A stretch of DNA of 64,000 bases from an uncultured Clostridia bacterium (GTDB lineage Bacteria; Bacillota; Clostridia; TANB77; CAG-508), in the NCBI GenBank assembly GCA_944386715.1, contig CALXCD010000002.1, forward strand, positions 12,869 to 76,868. The letters are read 5' to 3'. The notes under the pieces were generated by a model. That model was given only the letters and a program-made list of their open reading frames with translations, was not told where the DNA came from and searched no databases. Positions within the stretch are counted from its first letter, which is position 1, and each line of letters begins with the position of its first letter. Position numbers and translations under genes: made by a program. Shown one piece after another: positions 56,815 through 64,000 of this stretch.

Positions 56815-56943
56815 ATTGGTTCCAGGTTTGGATGCCAATTTTTTGGCATCCAAACCTGGAACCAATGCCAACTTTTTGGCATTTCAAACCTGGAACCAAT
56901 GCCAACTTTTTGGCATTTCAAACCTGGAACCAATGCCAACTTT
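56815..56943. repeat. Block of four 33-34-bp units (one inverted, three direct) between rfbA and rfbC
   Basis: The unit is TTGGCAT(C/T)(C/T)AAACCTGGAACCAATGCCAACTTT, at 56843-56875, 56876-56909 and 56910-43. The inverted copy at 56815-56838 forms a 24-bp perfect hairpin with 56843-56866. Confidence 0.92.
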
Positions 56944-57838
56944 ATTCTTCGCCGAATTTATTTTCTGCCAAATCTTTTAAATATTTTCCATATTCTGTTT
57001 TCATATATATTTCAGCTAATTTGGATAGTTGTTCTGCTGTTATCCATTTATTTTTGTATGCAATTTCTTCTGGGCAACATACTTGTAACCCTTGTCTTTT
57101 CTCTATGGTTTGTACAAAACTTGCTGTTTCTAGTAAAGCATCATGTGTTCCTGTATCAAACCATGTCATTCCTCTACCAAGTTTTTCTACTTTTAATTTT
57201 CCCATTTTCATGTATGCATCATTAATACTTGTGATTTCTAATTCTCCTCTTGCTGATGGTTTTACATTTTTTGCAATTTCTACTACGTCATTGGTGTAGA
57301 AATATAATCCTGGTACTGCATAGTTTGATTTTGGATTTTCTGGTTTTTCAACAATAGATATGGCTTTTCCATTTTCATCTATTTCCACTACTCCATAAGC
57401 TCTTGGGTCTTTTACATAATATCCAAATATGGTAGCTTCTTCTTCTCTACTACTTGCTGCTATTAATTTTTCTTTTAAGTGTTCACCATAAAACATATTG
57501 TCTCCCAAAATCATAGCAACATTGTCTTCTCCTATAAAGTCCTCTCCTATAATAAAGGCTTCCGCTAGTCCATTTGGTTTTTCTTGTACTTTATATTCAA
57601 AATGCATTCCCCATTGAGAACCATCTCCTAACAAGGATTGAAATACGACGATATCTCTTGGTGTAGAGATAATTAGTATTTCTTTTATCCCTGCTTGCAT
57701 TAAAACAGATAATGGATAATAAATCATTGGTTTATCATATACTGGCATGATTTGTTTTGAGATTGCGATGGTTAATGGATATAATCTAGTACCACTTCCT
57801 CCTGCTAGAATAATTCCTTTTCTGTTTTTCATTTTCAT
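56942..57838 (-). CDS. rfbA: Glucose-1-phosphate thymidylyltransferase
   Basis: Start [23 protein letters not shown] with AGGAAAGG upstream; ...[11 protein letters not shown]. Confidence 0.93.
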   Translation of the reverse strand: MKMKNRKGIILAGGSGTRLYPLTIAISKQIMPVYDKPMIYYPLSVLMQAGIKEILIISTPRDIVVFQSLLGDGSQWGMHFEYKVQEKPNGLAEAFIIGEDFIGEDNVAMILGDNMFYGEHLKEKLIAASSREEEATIFGYYVKDPRAYGVVEIDENGKAISIVEKPENPKSNYAVPGLYFYTNDVVEIAKNVKPSARGELEITSINDAYMKMGKLKVEKLGRGMTWFDTGTHDALLETASFVQTIEKRQGLQVCCPEEIAYKNKWITAEQLSKLAEIYMKTEYGKYLKDLAENKFGEE

Positions 57839-57855
57839 TCCGCCTTTCCTATTTC

Positions 57856-58719
57856 TTACATTTTTCCTTCTGCTTGTAGATATCTTTTCAAAGCATCTTC
57901 CCATTCTGGTATTTGAATTCCTTGTTCTAATAATTTTTCTTTACTCATTTGTGAATTTTTTGGTCTTTTAGCTTGTGTGATTTTCATCATTTCAATATAT
58001 TTTTCTGTAGTTACTGGATTTACTTGGCAGATAATTCCTGCATATTCAAAAATTGCTTTTGTGAAATCATACCATGTTGTAAATCCTTCGTTTGTTGCAT
58101 GATAGATACCATAAGGTATTTTCTTTTCTATGGCTTCTCCTATGATATTTGCTAAATCTTCTGCATAAGTTGGGCTTCCATGTTGGTCTGCTACTACATT
58201 AATTTCATCTTTTGTTTCTCCCAATTTTAGCATGGTTCTAACGAAATTGTTTCCATCTCCATATAGCCAAGCTGTTCTGAAAATATAGTATTTATCTGTA
58301 TTTTCTTTAATTTTTTCTTCTCCTTCTAATTTTGTGATTCCATAAGCTGTAACAGGATGTTTTTCATCCTCTTCTTTATATTCTTTTTCAATATCTAAAT
58401 CTCCACCAAATACATAGTCTGTACTAATATGTACTAATGGTGCATCTACTGTTTTTGCAGCAATTGCTAAGTTTTTTGGTCCATCTGCATTGATTTTTCT
58501 TACAATTTCTCCTGCTTCTTCTGCTTTATCTACTGCCGTATAGGCTGCACAGTTAATGATATAGTCTGGTTTTGCATTAGTTACGAATTCCATTACTGCT
58601 TTTTCATCTGTAATATCTAAATCTGCTACATCTGTGCAGATTAATTCATTTCCTTTTTCTAGTCTTTTTCTAACAGATTTGGCTAACATTCCATTAGCTC
58701 CTGTTATTAATATTTTCAT
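57856..58719 (-). CDS. rfbD: dTDP-4-dehydrorhamnose reductase
   Basis: [13 protein letters not shown] ... [13 protein letters not shown] ... YGITKLEGE. Confidence 0.92.
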   Translation of the reverse strand: MKILITGANGMLAKSVRKRLEKGNELICTDVADLDITDEKAVMEFVTNAKPDYIINCAAYTAVDKAEEAGEIVRKINADGPKNLAIAAKTVDAPLVHISTDYVFGGDLDIEKEYKEEDEKHPVTAYGITKLEGEEKIKENTDKYYIFRTAWLYGDGNNFVRTMLKLGETKDEINVVADQHGSPTYAEDLANIIGEAIEKKIPYGIYHATNEGFTTWYDFTKAIFEYAGIICQVNPVTTEKYIEMMKITQAKRPKNSQMSKEKLLEQGIQIPEWEDALKRYLQAEGKM

Positions 58720-58808
58720 ACGTACACTTCCTTTCTATTTTTTACGCCCTTATCATATCATTTATTACAAAAAAGTACAAGGTTTTCCTTGTACTTTTTT
58801 GACTAGCC

Positions 58809-59744
58809 TTAAAAATTTATTTTTTTATTAATAATAAATTGTGGTCTTTGTTTTGTTTCATCATAAATTCTACCAATATATTCTGACATAATCCAAATCG
58901 AAAGTAATTGTACTCCAGCAAAGAAAGTAATTGCCACCATTAAAGATGTCCATCCAGCAGATAATTGATTTAATTTTAAGAAGTAAGAAAGTAGTGCATA
59001 TATTAAAATTAGAATAGAGATAACAATAGATATAAATCCTAACAGTCCTACTAATTTTAAAGGTTTTGTAGAAAAACTAATAATACCATCAGAAGCTAAT
59101 TTTAGCATCTTTCTAAGCGGGTATTTTGTTTTTCCTGCAAATCTTTCTTCTCTTTCATATTCAAATGGAATTTGTTTATATCCTACCCAACTAAATAGTC
59201 CTCTTAAAAATTTATTGTGTTCTGGCATATTGTTTATGGTATCTACTACTTTTCTATCTACTAATCTAAAATCTCCTGTATCTTTTGGTATTTCTGTATC
59301 AGAAAGTGCATTTAAAATTTGATAAAACAATTTAGCAGATAATAGTTTAAATGGTGATTCTCCTTTTCTTTTCTTCCTTTTAGCATAAATGATTTCATTT
59401 CCTTGTTCCCATAATTGTATCATTTGTGGGATTAATTCTGGTGGGTCTTGTAAGTCGGCATCGATAATAATAATGGCATCTCCACTTACATGTTTTAGAC
59501 CTGCTGTTACTGCTGCTTGATGTCCAAAATTTCTTGAAAAGGAAATAACCTTTACTTTATCATCTTTGCTTGCAATGTTTTCTAGTATTTCTAATGTCTT
59601 ATCTTTGCTTCCATCATCTATTATAATTATTTCATAAGTATAGTCTGTTAATTTTTGCAGACATGCTGTTAGTCTTTTATAACATTCTTCTGCCACTTTT
59701 TCTTCATAATACATTGGTACAATTACTGAAATTTTTTTCATCAA
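58809..59744 (-). CDS. Family-2 glycosyltransferase, polyisoprenyl-phosphate glycosyltransferase (GtrB/CsbB-like)
   Basis: ISVIVPMYYEE ... IIIDDGSKD ... DADLQDPPE, plus two C-terminal TM segments. Confidence 0.85.
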   Translation of the reverse strand: MMKKISVIVPMYYEEKVAEECYKRLTACLQKLTDYTYEIIIIDDGSKDKTLEILENIASKDDKVKVISFSRNFGHQAAVTAGLKHVSGDAIIIIDADLQDPPELIPQMIQLWEQGNEIIYAKRKKRKGESPFKLLSAKLFYQILNALSDTEIPKDTGDFRLVDRKVVDTINNMPEHNKFLRGLFSWVGYKQIPFEYEREERFAGKTKYPLRKMLKLASDGIISFSTKPLKLVGLLGFISIVISILILIYALLSYFLKLNQLSAGWTSLMVAITFFAGVQLLSIWIMSEYIGRIYDETKQRPQFIINKKINF

Positions 59745-59844
59745 TATGGATACTCCTCTCCTTTTTTAACTTTTCTCATTCTACCACAAAATAAAAAAAA
59801 AAGAAAGTATATACCAAAACAAATGTTATATACTTTCTTAACTA

Positions 59845-62670
59845 CTAGAAGTATCTTCTGTAACAAATATTCATATCTACTTCTCCATCAATTCCATCTA
59901 AATGTCCTGTTGATGTAAATTGCCAGATGTCATGATATCCAGGGAATTGATATTCTTCTCCTGGCACATTTCCATCATTTTTTCCCCAAGATGCAACCCA
60001 AATTGAAAAATCTTCTGGAATTTGATTTAAATCTATTTCATTGATTAGCCAATCTTTAGAGGAATAGATTCCAGCTTTATATCCTGCTCCTTGCATTACC
60101 CTTCCAAATGCTAAACACATTTCTGTTTTTGTTTGTTTACTAAGTGTTGTTTCTTGTGTTGGGTCTTCTATATCATAAAATACTGGTAATTCAAATGTTT
60201 TTCCTTCTAAAAATCCTAGCATATTATAGGCTTCTTGAATGGCACCATCTACACCATCTGTTGCATAAGAATATAAGTATGCTCCTACTGGAATATTTCT
60301 TTTTTTAGCTTCTGCATAATTACGTTCAAAATATAAATCCTTTTGATAAGAATTTCTTCCATATCCAGCTCTAATAATTATAAAATCTACTTTTCCTGTG
60401 GTCATCAATTTATCAAAATCTATTACTCCTTGGTGTTCTGAAATATCAATTCCTCTATATTCTCTTTTATATTTTGGCACAATTCTCATTCTAATTGCCT
60501 CAATTCTTTTGCTTTGTCCTACTGTTCCTGCTACTTCGGCATCAATATACCATGCACTCCATCCTTTATCTTGTATATGTACTTGATATTCAATGGTATA
60601 GTCATCTAATCCAACTAATTTTATTTGAATAGCTTCAATTCTTTTACTTTGTCCTTCTGTTCCTGTCAAAGCTCCATCAGATACCCATCCTTGCCATCCA
60701 ATGCCTCCTACATGTGTTCTATATTCAATTTTTGCACCAGCAGGGGCATCTTGTAAATAAATTTTCAATGCTTCTACTCTTTTGCTTTGACCTTCTGTTC
60801 CTGCTAAAAATCCTTCTGCTGTTTCTTCCTGCCACCCAATTTTTTCTACATGTGCTTGATATATTACTTCTGGTTCTTGCACAGCATCTTCTGTTTTGAT
60901 AACTCTTATTTCAATTGCTTCAATCGCCCTTGTTTGCCCTTTAGTTCCTGCTACTTCTCCATCTTTTTTCCATTTTTGCCATCCATATCCTGCTACATGT
61001 GCTCTATATTCTATACTATAACCAGGCATATTTTCTAATTTTATTCTAATTGCTTCCAAAGTTTTTGACTGTCCTTCTGTTCCACCAATAGCACCATCAG
61101 ATACCCATCCTTGCCATCCAGTTCTTTCTACATATCCTTGATAACTAATTTTTGCTCCTTGTGGTGCTCCTACTAAATTTATTTTTAAACCTTCAATTCC
61201 TACACTTTGTGCCTCTGTTCCTGCCATAAATCCTTCTGCTCTTTCTTCTTGCCATCCAATATTTTGTACATGTGCTTGATAAGTAACTTGTGGCTCTTCA
61301 GTTATATTTTCTGTTTTTACTACTCTAATTTGGACTGCTTCTATATGTTTAGAAAATCCTGTTGAACCAGCCATCTCACCATCATGTTTCCATTTTTGCC
61401 ATCCGATGTCTTGTATGTATGCTCTATATTCTATACTATATCCTGGTAGATTTTCTAATTTTATTTTTACCGCTTCTAGGCTTTTAGTTTTCCCTTCTGT
61501 TCCTCCTATTGCACCATCAGATACCCATCCTTGCCATCCTAGCTCTTGTACATGTGCTTGATAAGTAACTTTGGCACCTTCAGGTACTCCAACAAGGTTT
61601 ATTTTTAAGGCTTCTATACTTCTATTTTCCCCTTGTGTTCCTGCAAGATATCCCTCTTGTTTCATAACTTGCCATCCTACCATTTGTGCTAAAGCTTGAT
61701 ATTCTACTGCTGGTTCTAAAATTTTATCTTCTTCTTTTACTAATCTTATTTGAATTGCTTCTATCGTTAGGCTTTCTCCTTCACCTCCTGCTGTTTCCCC
61801 ATCATGTTTCCATTTTTGCCATCCTGTATCTTGTATGTACACTCTATATTCAATACTATATCCTTCTATATTTTTTAGTCTTATTTGAATTGCTTCTATA
61901 TTTAAACTTTTACCTTCTGTTCCTGCTATAATACCGTTTGCTCTCCATCCTTGCCATCCTACTGTTGCTACATGTGCTTGATATTCTATTATTGCATTTT
62001 CTGGTGCATTTAGTAATTGGATATTGATTCCTTCAATACCATTATCTCCTTTTTCCTTCCCTGCAATTTCTCCATTTTCTACATAGTCTTCCCAACCAAT
62101 TGTTGCTACATGTGCTCTGTATTTAACTCCTAATGTCTCTTCAACAGCTTGGTTTTCTATATTCTCTTCCTGTAAAAAAATCTCTTCATCTTGTTTGATA
62201 ACTTCCTCTGCTTTATGGTTATCTTCTAATTCATTTGTTGCTGTATTTTCTGTATTTGTGTTATTCTCTTTTTCGCTATTTGTTGTATTGTTTTCAGCTT
62301 CATTGTCTGTTGCATTATTTGTTGTGTTGTTATTAGAATCGGTATTTGTATTTGTTGTTGTATTATCTGTGTTTGTTTGATTTTCATCACTTGTATTCGT
62401 ATTATCTGTATTTGTTTTATTTTCATCTGTTGTATTGCTACTACTTGTATTTTCATTTGTATTACTTTCTATTTTGTTTTCCGCTTCATTTATTGTATTT
62501 TCATTAATAGATTCTTCTGTTTCTTCCTCATTTAGGCTCTTTGTTAGTGTTTCCTCTTGTTCTGAATGGTTGACTTGTTCTACCGCTTTTGTGACAGATA
62601 TTGTGCTACCTATGATATTAAATAAAAATATAATAAGTATAAAACCTGCAAAAAATTTCATTTTTTTCAT
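59845..62670 (-). CDS. Secreted ChW-repeat protein with a C-terminal GH25 muramidase domain
   Basis: Signal peptide and an N/T/E-rich low-complexity linker, then about 12 ChW repeats (YRAHVATIGWQ.W..NG..AGT.G.S..IEAI.I.L). C-terminal GH25 domain: GIDISEHQGVIDFDKL....DFIIIRAGYG. Confidence 0.88.
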   Translation of the reverse strand: MKKMKFFAGFILIIFLFNIIGSTISVTKAVEQVNHSEQEETLTKSLNEEETEESINENTINEAENKIESNTNENTSSSNTTDENKTNTDNTNTSDENQTNTDNTTTNTNTDSNNNTTNNATDNEAENNTTNSEKENNTNTENTATNELEDNHKAEEVIKQDEEIFLQEENIENQAVEETLGVKYRAHVATIGWEDYVENGEIAGKEKGDNGIEGINIQLLNAPENAIIEYQAHVATVGWQGWRANGIIAGTEGKSLNIEAIQIRLKNIEGYSIEYRVYIQDTGWQKWKHDGETAGGEGESLTIEAIQIRLVKEEDKILEPAVEYQALAQMVGWQVMKQEGYLAGTQGENRSIEALKINLVGVPEGAKVTYQAHVQELGWQGWVSDGAIGGTEGKTKSLEAVKIKLENLPGYSIEYRAYIQDIGWQKWKHDGEMAGSTGFSKHIEAVQIRVVKTENITEEPQVTYQAHVQNIGWQEERAEGFMAGTEAQSVGIEGLKINLVGAPQGAKISYQGYVERTGWQGWVSDGAIGGTEGQSKTLEAIRIKLENMPGYSIEYRAHVAGYGWQKWKKDGEVAGTKGQTRAIEAIEIRVIKTEDAVQEPEVIYQAHVEKIGWQEETAEGFLAGTEGQSKRVEALKIYLQDAPAGAKIEYRTHVGGIGWQGWVSDGALTGTEGQSKRIEAIQIKLVGLDDYTIEYQVHIQDKGWSAWYIDAEVAGTVGQSKRIEAIRMRIVPKYKREYRGIDISEHQGVIDFDKLMTTGKVDFIIIRAGYGRNSYQKDLYFERNYAEAKKRNIPVGAYLYSYATDGVDGAIQEAYNMLGFLEGKTFELPVFYDIEDPTQETTLSKQTKTEMCLAFGRVMQGAGYKAGIYSSKDWLINEIDLNQIPEDFSIWVASWGKNDGNVPGEEYQFPGYHDIWQFTSTGHLDGIDGEVDMNICYRRYF

Positions 62671-62859
62671 TTGAATTCTCCTTTAACAATAATTTTAGTT
62701 ACAATCCTATTGTATCTTTCTTGTTGTTTTTTGTCAATTGTCTTTTCTTGGTAAATTTTGGTAAAAAAGACTACATTTGTAACTTTAAATAGTTTACATC
62801 TGTAATCTTTATTTGTCAATACTTTTTTGTTTATTTGTTTTAATTTTTTGAACTAAATA

Positions 62860-64000
62860 TTATACATATGAGTGCTCTACTTTTGGTACTGCATAGTATT
62901 TTTCATTGGAACTATGTATTTTTTGTTGCACTTCTGTTTTTAGTTTATCACTATCGATTTTCTCTTCTCTTGGTACCACTAAATCAAATATCAAATTGAT
63001 TCTTCCTCCACCATTTGTCATTCTAAAATCATGGATGGAATAATCTTTATTGATGTCTTTTACTATATTTTCTGTTATTTCCTTCATTTTATTAATTTCT
63101 TCATCATCCACTTCTATTGGGTCCATATGTATGGTTGTGATACAATTAAATTCATCATAAATATCTTGTTCCATTTTATCTATGATGTCATGTGCCATAC
63201 ATATATCACTATTTGCTGGTACTTCTGCATGGAAAGATACTATTTTTCTTCCTGGTCCATAATCATGTATCATCATGTCATGTATTCCCACTATCATGTC
63301 ATAATTTTGGGTAAATTCCTCAATTTCTTTTACCAATTCTGGGTCTGGTTTTGTACCTAATAATATGTCTATTGTTTCTTTTAGTGCTTTAAATCCTGTA
63401 AATAGAATAAATATAGAAACTAATATACTTACATATCCATCTATCGAAATATTGGCAAATCTAGCAATCATGGCAGATAATAAAACTACAGATGTAGATA
63501 TTACGTCTGAGATACTGTCATAGGCATTTCCTTTTATGGCTTCTGAATTTATGATTTTGGCTATTTTTTTATAAAATACAAATAGCCATAGTTTAGCTAT
63601 TATTGCAATGATTAATATGATAATGGTTATGTTGCTAATATCTGGCATAATTGGATTTATTATTTTGTCTACTGATGATTTGAATAATTCTATTCCTACT
63701 AGTATGATTAGCATATCTACAATAAAAGCTGCTATATATTCCATTCGTCCATGTCCCCATGGATGGTCATTGTCTACCTTTTTTTGTGACATTTTAAACC
63801 CTATCATGGTGATAACAGATGACCCTGCATCTGTTATATTGTTTAAACCATCTGAAATAATGGACATGGAATTGGAAATGATTCCTATTATGACTTTTAC
63901 AATAGATAATATGAAATTTACTATGATTCCTGTGATACTGGATAATGTTCCATATTTTGTTCTTACTTTTGTGTCTTTTACGTTTTTATCTTTTATGAAT
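62860..64000 (-). CDS. Cation diffusion facilitator family transporter; 5' end outside the window
   Basis: The frame is open to the window edge (..KYGTLSSITGIIVNFILSIVKVIIGIISNSMSIISDGLNN). DHPWGHGRMEY motif and a C-terminal cytoplasmic domain. Confidence 0.88.
   Translation of the reverse strand, partial: FIKDKNVKDTKVRTKYGTLSSITGIIVNFILSIVKVIIGIISNSMSIISDGLNNITDAGSSVITMIGFKMSQKKVDNDHPWGHGRMEYIAAFIVDMLIILVGIELFKSSVDKIINPIMPDISNITIIILIIAIIAKLWLFVFYKKIAKIINSEAIKGNAYDSISDVISTSVVLLSAMIARFANISIDGYVSILVSIFILFTGFKALKETIDILLGTKPDPELVKEIEEFTQNYDMIVGIHDMMIHDYGPGRKIVSFHAEVPANSDICMAHDIIDKMEQDIYDEFNCITTIHMDPIEVDDEEINKMKEITENIVKDINKDYSIHDFRMTNGGGRINLIFDLVVPREEKIDSDKLKTEVQQKIHSSNEKYYAVPKVEHSYV

Noticed and set aside
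56701-57299. Two plus-strand ORFs of 174 and 176 aa
   Set aside because: They run through the intergenic repeat block and antisense to rfbA and rfbC. Their repetitive translation ([12 protein letters not shown]..) simply mirrors the DNA repeats.
62195-62674. ORFs on both strands within the 5' low-complexity part of the ChW/GH25 gene
   Set aside because: They are generated by the N/T/E-rich repetitive linker. The long minus-strand frame with a signal peptide explains the region.

Overview
This is a 64-kb chromosomal segment from a very AT-rich Firmicute (roughly 27-28% GC by eye). It is most likely a Clostridia-type spore former: spoVB, a dpaB remnant, a T-box-controlled valS, SrtB-type sortase with (S/P/L)PKTG substrates, ChW repeats and cohesin/dockerin modules all point that way. 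Most genes are on the minus strand. Housekeeping genes are valS, rpmF, asnB, mutS, miaB, rpmE and rfbBCAD. Cell-envelope functions are heavily represented: two sortases, three surface proteins, a dockerin-bearing glucosaminidase, a DD-carboxypeptidase, VanW, VanY, a RodA-like protein, SpoVB, a GH25/ChW muramidase and a GT2 glycosyltransferase. There is also an SdpR/SdpI-like pair with two ABC exporters, and an ECF sigma/anti-sigma pair upstream of two pseudopilin-leader proteins. Small decayed mobile remnants include ORF6N, a DUF4143 fragment, a TnpV fragment and KilA-N. I found no rRNA, tRNA or CRISPR array. The most interesting signal is non-coding. A six-copy family of long intergenic hairpins shares a conserved ~35-nt apical core, yet uses three unrelated, fully paired stem sequences. 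These hairpins are nested inside further inverted repeats. One copy has the hairpin flipped relative to its flanks, and two copies share terminal repeats with a 1.4-kb IR-bounded TnpV/KilA-N cassette. Other unexplained structure includes a 1-inverted + 3-direct 34-bp repeat block inside the rfb operon, four 33-bp-phased direct repeats, and long perfect palindromes inside the ORF6N and KilA-N coding sequences. Caveat: at least six genes, some normally indispensable, carry apparent single-base frameshifts, four of them at a C preceding GG. The assembly may therefore contain systematic indel errors, and pseudogene calls are provisional.
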